Source of the DNA: Candidatus Phycocordibacter aenigmaticus
GTDB lineage: Bacteria; Patescibacteriota; Minisyncoccia; Phycocordibacterales; Phycocordibacteraceae
DNA: 64,000 nt
Reading direction: 5' to 3'
NCBI GenBank assembly: GCA_045401115.1
Contig: CP174359.1
Coordinates: 291,247-355,246, forward strand
Shown here: piece by piece, positions 50,873 through 61,417 of the stretch
Layout of the letters: the number at the start of each line of letters is the position of its first letter
How positions within the stretch are numbered: the first letter of the stretch is position 1
Program-made: the position numbers and the translations under genes
Notes under the pieces: generated by a model
What the model was told of the DNA's origin: nothing
Database searches by the model: none
What the model saw: the letters and a program-made list of their open reading frames with translations, nothing else

Positions 50873-50976
50873 CACAATTGAAAAGATATATAGACGCATC
50901 GGCCCATGGTCTGTATAACTATCTTTTTTAAAAGAGTCATTCTATAATTTATAGAGTTATATACTAAAAATGCTCT

Positions 50977-51396
50977 ATGGAAATTGAAATCAACTATCTC
51001 GCTATAGCCCTTGCTACGTTAGCTTCGCTTATTATCGGCGCTTTTTGGTACTCAAAAATTGCATTCGGTGAGCGCTGGATGAGCCTTGTTGGACTTACTG
51101 AAGAAAAAGCTAAACCAAAAATGGCTTCAGCAACCGCTGGTATGCTGGTGTTGTCATTAGTAATGGCGTACATGCTTTCTCACGTTACGTATATGTCAAT
51201 ACATACATTTGGTTACGGCGCACAACTCGCCGGCATTACCAGCGGGTTTATGATGTGGTTAGGCTTCGTTCTCCCAGTAGTACTTGGGACGGGGCTTTTT
51301 GAGCAACGGTCGAAATATCTCCTCCTTATTAATTTAGGAAATTGGCTCGTCACACTTGTAGTGATGGGAACAATTATCGGCTTCTTTGGTTTTTAA
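50977..51396 (+). CDS. DUF1761 membrane protein
   Basis: INYLAI...GAFWYS..FGERWM. Confidence 0.82.
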   Translation: MEIEINYLAIALATLASLIIGAFWYSKIAFGERWMSLVGLTEEKAKPKMASATAGMLVLSLVMAYMLSHVTYMSIHTFGYGAQLAGITSGFMMWLGFVLPVVLGTGLFEQRSKYLLLINLGNWLVTLVVMGTIIGFFGF

Positions 51397-51426
51397 TATC
51401 TATAAAAATTAAACATAAAATCTAGT

Positions 51427-52167
51427 ATGAAAAACAAATTGATAATCATTGTCGTTCTGCTTGCGGTACTTGCGTTGATGCTTATCTTCTTTACGCCGTA
51501 CGTTAAAGAAGATACTCCTACAGATGGTGGCGCAGTGTTCTGTACTATGGACGCTCTGGTCTGTCCGAACGGAGACGGGGTTGGTCGTTCCGGTCCGGAG
51601 TGTACATTTGAATCGTGCGCCGGCTCTACGTTTACCGGTGTATTCCAGCAGGTTGGTGAAGGGTATCAATTAGTGGTCGCTACGCCCGAAGAGATTGTCG
51701 GTGGGGTAACGTATACAATACCTCTTGAACTCACTGACTCTATTTCTGTTGAAGCATTGCTTGGTGAGCAGGTACACGCAAATGGTTCGTTCCTTGAAGG
51801 CAACCTGTTTCGTGTAGAGAGTATGGAAAAGGTAAACCCTCAGTACGACGCGCCGGTGGCACAGATTGGCGTGGGCGAGTCGGCGCTTGTCGGGTATGTG
51901 CGCGTAACACTTAACAGCGTTGTACAGGACAGTCGCTGTCCGGTGGATGTGCAGTGTATCCAAGCCGGAAACATTGTGGTAAATGTCACACTTGAAAGCG
52001 ATACTGATACACTCACCACTACTATCGCGTCTGACGCGGCACCGATCACTTTTGACGCATTCCGCATTTCTATCGCTGATGTCGCTCCGGAGTCGCACTC
52101 AACCAAAGAGATAGAGGAGAGTCAGTACCGTATTGTATTTAAAGTAGAGTCTATTGATACCAATTAG
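51427..52167 (+). CDS. Cys-rich secreted or membrane-anchored protein
   Basis: CTMDALVCPNG..VGRSGPECTFESC and DSRCPVDVQCIQAG modules. Confidence 0.75.
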   Translation: MKNKLIIIVVLLAVLALMLIFFTPYVKEDTPTDGGAVFCTMDALVCPNGDGVGRSGPECTFESCAGSTFTGVFQQVGEGYQLVVATPEEIVGGVTYTIPLELTDSISVEALLGEQVHANGSFLEGNLFRVESMEKVNPQYDAPVAQIGVGESALVGYVRVTLNSVVQDSRCPVDVQCIQAGNIVVNVTLESDTDTLTTTIASDAAPITFDAFRISIADVAPESHSTKEIEESQYRIVFKVESIDTN

Positions 52168-52186
52168 ATTTCTATAGCCTGGATCG

Positions 52187-52228
52187 TATACATTAAACGG
52201 CTCAATGCATTGAGCCGTTTAATGTATA
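52187..52228. repeat. dispersed palindrome copy 3
   Basis: tatacattaaacggctcaa tgca ttgagccgtttaatgtata. Confidence 0.8.
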
Positions 52229-52251
52229 GATGTGTGGCGTATAATAAAAGT

Positions 52252-53016
52252 ATGAATAGTCCGTTAAAAAATAAACCACTTCATTTACCGGGGCAATCTC
52301 TTGATGAAGAGTTGAATAATCTCATTGATGAAAAGATTATGACTTTTATCACGATTATCATGGTAGCCATTGCTTTTATTATTTACGAGTGGGTGAGATT
52401 TTATTGGAGTATTGATCCTCGTCCAGTCACTGTCACTGTGGCTTGTAGTGTGGCTATTTTTTTTAGTTTGTATAGGATAAAAAAAGATTTAAAAAAAGTA
52501 CACAATCTAAAACAGGGGAGAGAGGGTGAACGAATAGTTGGACAAATGCTTGAGGAACTACGGTCAAGTAAATGCTCAATTTTTCACGATATCCCAGCAC
52601 AAGGTTTTAATATCGACCACGTAATAGTTTCATCACATGGAATATTTACAATTGAAACAAAAACGTGGAGTAAACGAAGCGGTAAAGAGGTGGTGAGGTT
52701 TAATGGAGACCATCTTTTTGTTAACAGTAAAAAACCAACTAAAGATGTTGTAACTCAGAGCTTAGCGGGAGCTGATTGGATGAGGAGTGTACTTAAAGAG
52801 AGCACAGGAAAAGATTTTCCTGTATGGCCAGTTCTTGTATTCCCAGGTTGGTTTATCGAGCCAGAGAGCACTAAGCAAGCTGAGAAGAAAGGATTTTGGT
52901 TACTTAATCCCAAAGCTTTGTCGTCATATATAAATAATCAACCTGAACTTATTAACAATGAAGACCTAAATTTAGTCCGTTTCCATTTGTCTAGATATAT
53001 ACAGACCACTCCATAA
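52252..53016 (+). CDS. NERD (nuclease-related) domain membrane protein
   Basis: two TMs, GREGE, NIDHVIV, IETK. Confidence 0.85.
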   Translation: MNSPLKNKPLHLPGQSLDEELNNLIDEKIMTFITIIMVAIAFIIYEWVRFYWSIDPRPVTVTVACSVAIFFSLYRIKKDLKKVHNLKQGREGERIVGQMLEELRSSKCSIFHDIPAQGFNIDHVIVSSHGIFTIETKTWSKRSGKEVVRFNGDHLFVNSKKPTKDVVTQSLAGADWMRSVLKESTGKDFPVWPVLVFPGWFIEPESTKQAEKKGFWLLNPKALSSYINNQPELINNEDLNLVRFHLSRYIQTTP

Positions 53017-53186
53017 CAAATTCTTTTTAACTCAAGCGAAAGTGAATTAAATAAAATTATCCTCACCCACACTGCTGAGAATAATCATTTCAAAGCCGGT
53101 CTTTCAGACTTAAAGAAGAAATATCCAGTCACTTAGTAAATATTAAACAGCTTTCACAAAGTACTCTTTGGTAGTAGTGTGGGGGC

Positions 53187-54434
53187 GTGAAAGGAGTAAA
53201 ACAGACATATGACGTTATTGTGATTGGCGGCGGTGCTGCTGGGATGATGGCTGCAGCCATCGCTGGCGCGCGAGGAAAGCGGGTGCTGCTTTTGGAAAAA
53301 AACAAAAAGCTGGGCGAAAAGCTTCGTATCACCGGCGGCGGACGATGCAATATTTTAAATACTGAAGCAGATACGCGAAAGCTTCTCTCTCACTTTGGGG
53401 ATGCGGCGAAGTTTCTTTTCTCACCATTCTCTCAATTTGGTGTAAAAGAAACACGAGCATTCTTTGAGTCACACGGGCTTGAAATAAAAGAAGAAGCAAA
53501 CAACCGGGCATTCCCCGTATCAGAGAACGCGGAGGACGTGTGTATATTTTTTGAGCGACTACTCCACGAATACAAAGTAGATGTGCGGACCAACATGCCG
53601 ATTACTGAGATGGTGAAGCGAGGTGAGAAGATAGAATATATCATTGCTGGCAATGAAACATTTAAAGCAGAAGCATATATCCTTGCGACAGGGGGAGTCT
53701 CGCACCCTGAGACCGGCTCAAACGGAGACGGCTTTACGTGGCTTGCTCAATTGGGACACGAAGTACTTCCACCAAAACCAACTATTGTGCCGTTGCGGGT
53801 AGAGGAGACATGGATACGAGATCTCTCCGGCACCACACTCCCTGATACCAAGATAACGTTTGCACTGCAAAATGAACGTAAGTTTTCGGTACGGGGGAAT
53901 ATATTAGTGACACACTTTGGGCTTTCCGGGCCGATTATTTTAAATAATGCGGCCAAGGTGGATGACTTACTGCACGAGGGTGTCGTATCCGCCTATATCG
54001 ACCTTTTCCCAGATCTTGATGACGGTGCCTTCGATGCACTACTTCGGCAAACATTTGATACACACAAAAACAAGGCTATACGTAATGCATGTAAAGAAAT
54101 TCTCCCGCCGGGTACCGGCAATATACTTGCGAGTCGGTTTCCAGGCATTGATCCTGAAACTCCTGTGCATTCAGTTACCAAGGAGCAACGAAAGAACTTG
54201 GTGGTGTTTCTTAAAAATATCCCTCTTACCATCTCTGGGCTCATGGGAATGGAGCGCGCGGTGGTGGCCGACGGTGGTGTTTCTCTTTCCGAAATTGATA
54301 CAAAGACCATGCGTTCACTCGTCTGCAGGAATTTGTTTGTCGTAGGAGACCTACTTAACATTACCCGTCCATCCGGAGGGTATTCACTTCAATTATGTTG
54401 GACGACGGGCTATGTCGCCGGGTCGAGTGTGTAA
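53187..54434 (+). CDS. HI0933/BaiN family flavoprotein
   Basis: GGGAAG, KLRITGGGRCN, ATGG, THFGLSGP, SGGYSLQ. Confidence 0.92.
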   Translation: MKGVKQTYDVIVIGGGAAGMMAAAIAGARGKRVLLLEKNKKLGEKLRITGGGRCNILNTEADTRKLLSHFGDAAKFLFSPFSQFGVKETRAFFESHGLEIKEEANNRAFPVSENAEDVCIFFERLLHEYKVDVRTNMPITEMVKRGEKIEYIIAGNETFKAEAYILATGGVSHPETGSNGDGFTWLAQLGHEVLPPKPTIVPLRVEETWIRDLSGTTLPDTKITFALQNERKFSVRGNILVTHFGLSGPIILNNAAKVDDLLHEGVVSAYIDLFPDLDDGAFDALLRQTFDTHKNKAIRNACKEILPPGTGNILASRFPGIDPETPVHSVTKEQRKNLVVFLKNIPLTISGLMGMERAVVADGGVSLSEIDTKTMRSLVCRNLFVVGDLLNITRPSGGYSLQLCWTTGYVAGSSV

Positions 54435-54543
54435 ATGGGTTCCATCAAGTTTTTTGTCGCTGGTAAACGAAAGAATGAATTTTTACTCTGGCAGGAGAAC
54501 GCTCATTGATAGGAACGCCTAGGTAGTGTAGGCTTCAGTACTT

Positions 54544-56025
54544 ATGGCAAAAAACGCGGGGATACTCTCGTTCAACAATGTTTCATACGAGCACAGCGCA
54601 AATAAACCGATACTTATCGATGCCTCTTTTTCGTTGCGCACAGGAGCAAAGTTTACTTTGATGGGACAGAATGGCGCCGGGAAAACCACACTCTTCGGTC
54701 TTATTGCCGGCGAGCATCAACCTGAAGAAGGAAAAATAAATATCACACCACGCACAAGTATTGCGGTATCTCGACAAGTAATTCCTCGAAACGAACTTAA
54801 CCATACGGTGCGAGAATTCTTTCAGAAGTGTTTTGATGAGAAAGTGTACGATATCGACCCGCGCATTGATGCAGTGCTTGAAGTGGTGAACCTTTCTCCA
54901 AAAAGCACAGCGGTGGCTGAAACATTTAAAGAAAGAACTATTGGGAGCTTCTCTGGAGGGCAGCAGGCGCGACTTTTACTTGCTTCAGCGCTTATTCAAA
55001 ACCCCGATATACTCCTCCTTGATGAACCGACAAACAATCTAGATACGGAGGGTATTGAACACCTTACCGATTTTCTTAAATCGTACAAAAAGACGGTTAT
55101 CGTTATTTCCCATGACGCAGAATTCCTCAACGCATTTACGGAAGGGGTGTTGTATTTAAATACACAAACGCGGAATATCGAACAGTACACCGGTGACTAT
55201 AACGATGTAGTGGAAGAAATCGCTGTTCGCGTAGAGAAAGAGAAGCGAAAGAACGCACAACTTGCCAAAGAGATACAGGCAAACAAAGATAAAGCAAACT
55301 TCTTTGCTCATAAAGGAGGCAACATGCGTATGGTGGCAAAGCGGATGCGCGACAAAGTGGAAGAGGCAGAAGAAAATAAAGTAGACGTACGCAAAGAAGA
55401 CAAAACGATCCGGAATTTTACGATAGAACCACAGAAGGATATTCCTCTTGAGATAATGAAGCTTACATCCTACACCGTGGTGCGCGACCATAAACCCACT
55501 AATGTATCTTGTGAAGTTGAATTAAAACGGGGGAGCCATCTTCAGATTGTCGGCCCAAACGGCATTGGCAAAACCACACTTCTTGAGTCACTTGCGTCAG
55601 GACATGCCGAAGGAGAACAGGTGGCAGAGGGAGTAAAGATTGGTTACTATCGTCAGGATTTTTCGAACCTAGATTTTGATCAAACGGTATTCGACTGCCT
55701 TATGGATGCTATGGGAAAGAAAGTGCAAGAAGAGATGCGGTCAATCGCTGCGGGCTTTCTACTGGACGGAGAAATTATGAAAACAAAAATCGGCGTACTT
55801 TCAGAAGGACAGAAAGGGTTAGTGGCTTTCGCTCGTTTGAAAATTATGGAACCGGGACTACTTATTCTAGATGAGCCGACGAATCATATTAACTTCCGAC
55901 ATATCCCCGTCATTGCCGCAGCGCTTGATCAATACAAAGGAGCGATGATTCTCGTGTCACATGTTCCGGAGTTTGTTTCTCAAATTCGTATTGATGACAT
56001 TCTTGATCTCAATAAGAAGAAATAG
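54544..56025 (+). CDS. ABC-F family ATPase
   Basis: two NBDs (GQNGAGKT, GPNGIGKT), LDEPTN twice, no TM. Confidence 0.9.
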   Translation: MAKNAGILSFNNVSYEHSANKPILIDASFSLRTGAKFTLMGQNGAGKTTLFGLIAGEHQPEEGKINITPRTSIAVSRQVIPRNELNHTVREFFQKCFDEKVYDIDPRIDAVLEVVNLSPKSTAVAETFKERTIGSFSGGQQARLLLASALIQNPDILLLDEPTNNLDTEGIEHLTDFLKSYKKTVIVISHDAEFLNAFTEGVLYLNTQTRNIEQYTGDYNDVVEEIAVRVEKEKRKNAQLAKEIQANKDKANFFAHKGGNMRMVAKRMRDKVEEAEENKVDVRKEDKTIRNFTIEPQKDIPLEIMKLTSYTVVRDHKPTNVSCEVELKRGSHLQIVGPNGIGKTTLLESLASGHAEGEQVAEGVKIGYYRQDFSNLDFDQTVFDCLMDAMGKKVQEEMRSIAAGFLLDGEIMKTKIGVLSEGQKGLVAFARLKIMEPGLLILDEPTNHINFRHIPVIAAALDQYKGAMILVSHVPEFVSQIRIDDILDLNKKK

Positions 56026-56052
56026 CATAAAACTCAGGTAGAATGTTTTGTA

Positions 56053-56298
56053 ATGAGCACCTACGCCGTATATATAGTGTCGTGTAAAGACAATACACTC
56101 TATACCGGATATACAAATAATCTCGAACAGCGAATTAAAGCGCATAACGAAGGCGTGGGTGCAAAATACACACGCGGTAGAGCTCCGGTGACACTCGTGT
56201 ATAGTGAGACTTTTACAAAAAAAGGCGATGCCATGCGTAGAGAAATAGAAATTAAAAATCTCTCTCGACAAGAAAAACTTTTACTTATGCGTCCTTAG
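56053..56298 (+). CDS. GIY-YIG nuclease (YhbQ/YazA family)
   Basis: LYTGYT, HNEGVGAKYTRGRAPV. Confidence 0.9.
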   Translation: MSTYAVYIVSCKDNTLYTGYTNNLEQRIKAHNEGVGAKYTRGRAPVTLVYSETFTKKGDAMRREIEIKNLSRQEKLLLMRP

Positions 56299-56326
56299 TT
56301 TTTTCTTGGTACGATAGAATAAAATT

Positions 56327-57106
56327 ATGAAAATAATATCTCTTAATACATGGGGCGGTCGCGCGGGGAAAGAAAAACTGCTTGGATTTTTTAGGAAACA
56401 TGCCGATAAAGTCGATGTATTTTGTTTGCAGGAAATTTGGTCAGCACCATACGAAGACTTAGATGGACAGAATGCCGGAAGTTTAAAAATTGACCATGAA
56501 AAGATTATGGTACACGGACTGCAAGAAATAGCAGCAGTATTGCCTCAGTATGATGTGTATTTTCATCCGCACCATCAAGATAATTATGGACTCATGATGG
56601 CGGTGAAGAAGAGTTTAGATGTATTTGATGTGGGTGATATATTTGTCCATAAACATAGAGGCTATATACCAGAAGGTAATATAGGTGAACATGCGCGCAA
56701 TATTCAATACGTATCTTTCAATAGTGACCATGGACCACTCACAGTTATTAATTTTCATGGCTTATGGACGAGTAATCCGCAAGGGACAGGGAAGCAGGAT
56801 ATTCCCGACCGGCTTGAACAGTCTGATAATATAGTGAAATTTATACGCACTATCGAACACCCGATCGTTTTTTGTGGTGATTTTAATTTATTACCAACCA
56901 CTGAGAGTATAAAGAAATTTGAAGACGCGGGCCTGAAGAATCTTATTAAAGAGTATGGTATAACCTCAACACGAACGAGTTACTACCCAAGATCAGAACA
57001 ATATGCTGATTATGCATTTGTTTCTCCTGAACTTGAGGTAAACGATTTCAACGTATTACCGGACGAAGTATCAGATCACGCACCACTCCTTATTGATATT
57101 GCTTAA
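56327..57106 (+). CDS. endonuclease/exonuclease/phosphatase family protein
   Basis: SLN, CLQE, GDFN, DY, SDH. Confidence 0.88.
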   Translation: MKIISLNTWGGRAGKEKLLGFFRKHADKVDVFCLQEIWSAPYEDLDGQNAGSLKIDHEKIMVHGLQEIAAVLPQYDVYFHPHHQDNYGLMMAVKKSLDVFDVGDIFVHKHRGYIPEGNIGEHARNIQYVSFNSDHGPLTVINFHGLWTSNPQGTGKQDIPDRLEQSDNIVKFIRTIEHPIVFCGDFNLLPTTESIKKFEDAGLKNLIKEYGITSTRTSYYPRSEQYADYAFVSPELEVNDFNVLPDEVSDHAPLLIDIA

Positions 57107-57135
57107 ATAAGTCACTCAGTTATTTTTATAGCTTT

Positions 57136-57939
57136 TTAATGTTCGTTATGGATTTCTTCTTCGTAATGGTCATCGTCGTGTTCATGTGAGTGGGCAGGTG
57201 CGGTGAGTGTAAGTACTAAGAACATAATCAGCACACCAGCAGCTATAGCAAGCATATGGTTTGGTCCGCAACCTTTTTTAGCTGCCCATTTAATTGAGTG
57301 GGGAATGAGGTCTTGTGTGAGAAGAGCAAATAATGCACCAGTTGCAAGACCAAGTGCCGGTATTTCAAATGCACTGAAACTCTCTAAGAAAAAGTATCCT
57401 CCAATAGAACCAATAAGTAGGGTGGAGGAAGTAAGAAAGTTAATTTGAAGTGCGCCGCGAGTAGTATAACCAGATTTTTTCAGTACAAAAAATTCTGCAA
57501 TTTCTTGTATGACTTCATGAAATAAAATACTTACTGCGGTAATGAATCCAAGGAATGGACTTGTGGTAAAAGCAATAGCAAGGAGGATGCCGTCACCAAT
57601 ATTATGGAATGAGTCACCAATAATTAATCGTTGCGCTGCGTGTGTATCACCCTTTACGCTTGCGTGATGGCTGTGTCCTTCCGGAAACATTTTCACTAAT
57701 ATAAACGCAAGAATAAAGCCGCCAATGATCCATAAAGCGCCCTGGAGAAGTGTTGACGCTTCCATAAGCACCTCCTCGGTCAGTTTAAGGAATAGTATTA
57801 AAAATACACCCGCTGCAAAGCTTACAAAGTAATTAAGGTTTCTTTCTAAAAAAGCGCCCGCCTGTGTCCATACAGTGATAATCCCTATAAGTGAGACGGC
57901 CATTATAGAGAGTGACGCAAATAAAATTTGAAGTATCAT
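57136..57939 (-). CDS. ZIP family metal transporter
   Basis: HNIGDG and HEVIQE motifs, His-rich loop and tail. Confidence 0.9.
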   Translation of the reverse strand: MILQILFASLSIMAVSLIGIITVWTQAGAFLERNLNYFVSFAAGVFLILFLKLTEEVLMEASTLLQGALWIIGGFILAFILVKMFPEGHSHHASVKGDTHAAQRLIIGDSFHNIGDGILLAIAFTTSPFLGFITAVSILFHEVIQEIAEFFVLKKSGYTTRGALQINFLTSSTLLIGSIGGYFFLESFSAFEIPALGLATGALFALLTQDLIPHSIKWAAKKGCGPNHMLAIAAGVLIMFLVLTLTAPAHSHEHDDDHYEEEIHNEH

Positions 57940-57988
57940 GGAATATAAAGGGATTAGCTTGCGGAATACATATACGGTATACTATAAA

Positions 57989-58003
57989 TGCAAATGATTT
58001 GCA
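57989..58003. promoter_or_regulatory. Fur/Zur-type 7-1-7 operator
   Basis: TGCAAAT-G-ATTTGCA between divergent zip and fur-family genes. Confidence 0.7.
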
Positions 58004-58006
58004 AAT

Positions 58007-58354
58007 ATGCGATTAACACAAAAACGAAAACAAGTACTTAAGGCGCTCACACAAAAAGGCGGTATGTTTACTGCGCAGGAGATTAGCGCGCGTATCCCTG
58101 ACATTGATCTTACAACGGTGTATAGGAGTTTAGAGTTGTTTCAACAAGAAGGGATTGTGCGAGAAGTTATTCTTCCTTCAAAAGAATCTGCATATGAATA
58201 CATATCGGACAAACATCATCACGTGGTGTGTAACACATGTGATCAAGTGCAGCACATTAAATTAAAAGAAGAGGAGTTGCAACGCATTCCGGCGCTTAAA
58301 CACCTTGATCCAAACTCCATAGAAATTACCGTTCGAGGTAACTGTAAGACATAG
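58007..58354 (+). CDS. Fur family regulator (likely Zur)
   Basis: TTVYRSL, HHHVVCNTC. Confidence 0.88.
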   Translation: MRLTQKRKQVLKALTQKGGMFTAQEISARIPDIDLTTVYRSLELFQQEGIVREVILPSKESAYEYISDKHHHVVCNTCDQVQHIKLKEEELQRIPALKHLDPNSIEITVRGNCKT

Positions 58355-58357
58355 TGT

Positions 58358-59473
58358 ATGCGTTTTATTTTTTCTATCGTATTAGTCGGACTCTCTTTAT
58401 TAAGCGGAAGTAGTGTTCTTGCCGCAGAAACAGAAAACGATTTTAAAGAACGTATCCTGCATGGAAAGGTCCTCGAAGTACTCAAAGAGGATGTAAGAGA
58501 AGTTCCTGGAACGCAAACAGAGTATCTCTATCAAGAAATCAATGCAGAAATTTTAGAGGGTCCTCGGAAAGGGGAACAGATCCTTATTGAAAATGATTAT
58601 TTTGAGTTACAAAAAGGCGATAAATTTTATTTCAATAATTTTATTGACATCAACGGGCAAGAAGTCTCAGGAGTCATTAGTATCGATAGAAAAGATTCTC
58701 TCATATTATTGGTGTTAATTTTTGTAGCAGTAGTGGTAGCGTTCGGGGGATGGCAAGGTGTTCGGTCACTTGTTGCGCTTGCTGCAAGTTTCATTGCTAT
58801 TTTTTATATTCTTATGCCGGGGATACTTGAAGGGTGGAATCCTCTCTTCGCGAGTATTGCTGTTGCCACTGGTATCCTGTTCGCGGCGATTTTCTTTACA
58901 CATGGCTTTAACCGCGAGTCAGTGGTGGCATACACTGGAACTATGATTTCGGTGGTATTAACCGGTTTTTTTGCTGTTTTTGCGGTAGGACTTACCAGCC
59001 TATCGGGATTTGCTGCCGAAGAATCAGTATATTTAAACTTTGGCACTCAAGGCACGCTTGATTTCACGGCACTTTTGCTCGGCGCAATTATTATCGGTGC
59101 GTTAGGAGTGCTTGATGATATTGCGGTTACACAAGCAGCAGTAGTAACAGAGCTTTTTAATAGTAATGATAGTTTAACTAGAAGGGAAGTGTATATGAAA
59201 GCAATTCGTGTAGGGCGTGAACATGTAGGAGCGCTTGTTAATACGTTGGTGCTTGCCTACACCGGTGCGGCGCTTCCACTGCTTTTGTATTTCTACCTTT
59301 CTCCCGCCGGGTTTGGCGCATCAATAAATTCAGAACTGTTCGCTACCGAGATCGTGCGCACCATCGTCGGCAGTATCGGCCTTATTCTGGCGGTGCCTAT
59401 TGTGACCTTACTCGCGGTGTTCTTTTTGAAGGGGTATACAAAAAACCAATCTCATACACATTCTCATATATAA
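58358..59473 (+). CDS. YibE/F family membrane protein
   Basis: GALGVLDDIAVTQ, NTLVLAYTG, His-tipped C-terminus. Confidence 0.88.
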   Translation: MRFIFSIVLVGLSLLSGSSVLAAETENDFKERILHGKVLEVLKEDVREVPGTQTEYLYQEINAEILEGPRKGEQILIENDYFELQKGDKFYFNNFIDINGQEVSGVISIDRKDSLILLVLIFVAVVVAFGGWQGVRSLVALAASFIAIFYILMPGILEGWNPLFASIAVATGILFAAIFFTHGFNRESVVAYTGTMISVVLTGFFAVFAVGLTSLSGFAAEESVYLNFGTQGTLDFTALLLGAIIIGALGVLDDIAVTQAAVVTELFNSNDSLTRREVYMKAIRVGREHVGALVNTLVLAYTGAALPLLLYFYLSPAGFGASINSELFATEIVRTIVGSIGLILAVPIVTLLAVFFLKGYTKNQSHTHSHI

Positions 59474-59537
59474 AAATATAGTACGGTAACTACAGTGGGT
59501 TTTTGAGTAGCATATCTATTGTTATAATAATGTATAT

Positions 59538-60479
59538 ATGAATAAAAATGTATTGAGCGCCCTTGTTGTGCTTTTAGTTGTTTTAATTGGAGGTTTTTTC
59601 CTTTTTAACCATTATGTATATACCGAAAAACAAGCAAGCGGAAACGAAGCTCTTGCTGTTTATTTTTCTGAAGAAATTTTTGAAAGAGCAACGAGTGACG
59701 GGATGATACCGATTGAAGGCTACGATGCTGGGTTGTTATTGGCGGAATTCCCCAGTCTTGTTGTAGAAGACTTCGATGGCGTGGAAACATTTGAAGGGGT
59801 ATATCATATTGAAAACGGTGAACTCGTTTTCAATCGTCAGTTCGAACAACCTGTTTCAAGCGCCGAACGTACTATTTCTCAAGATGGATATAGTATGTTA
59901 CTGACAAATGTGTCTGAGCGATTGAATATGCCGATACAAACACAAGAGGAAATTAATACTGTTATTGATGTTCTGGAAAAGGCTACCTTTCAAAAAAAGA
60001 CAGACGAAGAGGTGGCTATCGCTTTTTCATATCGGACCAATCCAAACGGTTACCGACTTGAAGAATTAGAATTTGATGCTGCGCCTTCATTACCGGACCC
60101 CGGTTTTGTAAAAGGATGGAACCTTATCTTAGAACAAGATTATCAAGAGCTACAAGAAAGTGATGTTCCACGAGAAGGACCACCAACAATAAACGTTATC
60201 GTTTTTAAAAATCCACAACAACAATCGCCTCAAGTCTGGGTACAAGAACATGCATCATTCTCTAATATAGGAATTATAAATGGGGAACTGGAAGAGTTTA
60301 CTCTCAATGGACAGGAAGCGGTACGTTATATGTATGACGGTCTTTATATGAATGATACAATCGTGGTTACCTATGGGGAGTATGTCTATATGATCTCAGG
60401 TGCGTATGTTAATCCACAACAAACGATTCGTCAGGATTTCCACCCGTTTATCGATTCTATTGAATTCCTTTCGGAATAA
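59538..60479 (+). CDS. hypothetical membrane-anchored extracytoplasmic protein
   Basis: N-terminal TM; C-terminal PsbP-like pattern. Confidence 0.65.
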   Translation: MNKNVLSALVVLLVVLIGGFFLFNHYVYTEKQASGNEALAVYFSEEIFERATSDGMIPIEGYDAGLLLAEFPSLVVEDFDGVETFEGVYHIENGELVFNRQFEQPVSSAERTISQDGYSMLLTNVSERLNMPIQTQEEINTVIDVLEKATFQKKTDEEVAIAFSYRTNPNGYRLEELEFDAAPSLPDPGFVKGWNLILEQDYQELQESDVPREGPPTINVIVFKNPQQQSPQVWVQEHASFSNIGIINGELEEFTLNGQEAVRYMYDGLYMNDTIVVTYGEYVYMISGAYVNPQQTIRQDFHPFIDSIEFLSE

Positions 60480-60499
60480 GAAATATTAAGAGTAATACT

Positions 60500-60805
60500 A
60501 TGAAAATTAAAGATGAATTTATAACGTTTCTCAGCGATTACAATATCGTGGCGCTTTCCGTAGCATTTGTGATGGGGGTTGCCAGTACATCGTTAGTGCA
60601 ATCGTTGGTGAAAGATATTTTTATGCCTCTGTTTAGTCTACTTCTTCCAAGTGACTCTTGGCGTGAAGCTGCTATTGCGATTGGCCCGGCATCGGTGCGT
60701 TACGGTGCGTTTATTGCTGAATTAATCAATTTCCTGCTCCTTTCGTTCGTTGTATTCATTATTATAAAAAAACTCATTCGGTTTAATAAAGAACCTAAAA
60801 ATTAA
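60500..60805 (+). CDS. mscL: large-conductance mechanosensitive channel
   Basis: LSVAFVMG, SLVKDIFMP, YGAFI. Confidence 0.82.
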   Translation: MKIKDEFITFLSDYNIVALSVAFVMGVASTSLVQSLVKDIFMPLFSLLLPSDSWREAAIAIGPASVRYGAFIAELINFLLLSFVVFIIIKKLIRFNKEPKN

Positions 60806-60815
60806 TTATTGTTAT

Positions 60816-61382
60816 ATGAAAAAAATCTGGATATTTATCGTTGTAGCACTGATTGCAGCCGCAGTAGCGTGGCTGGGATTTTCTCGTGATACGGAACCCA
60901 CACCAACAACAGCTGAGTCATTTGAAGAGTGTGTTGCACAGGGGAATCCTGTTATGGAAAGCTATCCTCGTCAATGTAGAGATCAAGCAGGGGCTCTTTT
61001 TGTTGAAGATGTCACTCGCGACTGGGAAGCGGCGTATACCAATGCGTCTGAAGATCTTATCGTAGTTAATTCTCCCGAAGTTGGCGACTCTGTCTCTTCT
61101 CCACTTACTATTTCCGGCGAGGCTCGCGGTTACTGGTTCTTTGAGGCTACGTTCCCAATAGTTATCGTTGATTGGGACGGACGTATTATTGCTGAGCATT
61201 ACGCAGAAGCTGAAGGCGACTGGATGACAGAAGAATTCGTACCGTTTACGGCTACACTTGAGTTTGATACCCCTACAGCAGGTGCACTTATAAATAGAGG
61301 CGCAATCATTCTACAGCGATCCAATGCTTCAGGGTTACCTGAAAATGATGCGGCACTTGAAATTCCAATCGTGTTCGAATAA
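60816..61382 (+). CDS. Gmad2 immunoglobulin-like domain protein
   Basis: FEECV..GNPVMESYPRQC, GEARG.WFFEA.FP, DWMT. Confidence 0.8.
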   Translation: MKKIWIFIVVALIAAAVAWLGFSRDTEPTPTTAESFEECVAQGNPVMESYPRQCRDQAGALFVEDVTRDWEAAYTNASEDLIVVNSPEVGDSVSSPLTISGEARGYWFFEATFPIVIVDWDGRIIAEHYAEAEGDWMTEEFVPFTATLEFDTPTAGALINRGAIILQRSNASGLPENDAALEIPIVFE

Positions 61383-61417
61383 TCTCTATTCCTCTATATG
61401 TAATACATATTGAGTTT

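Noticed and set aside
52252-57106. Anti-phage defence island (NERD, GIY-YIG, EEP)
   Set aside because: The genes are interspersed with housekeeping-type genes and do not form a recognisable defence operon.
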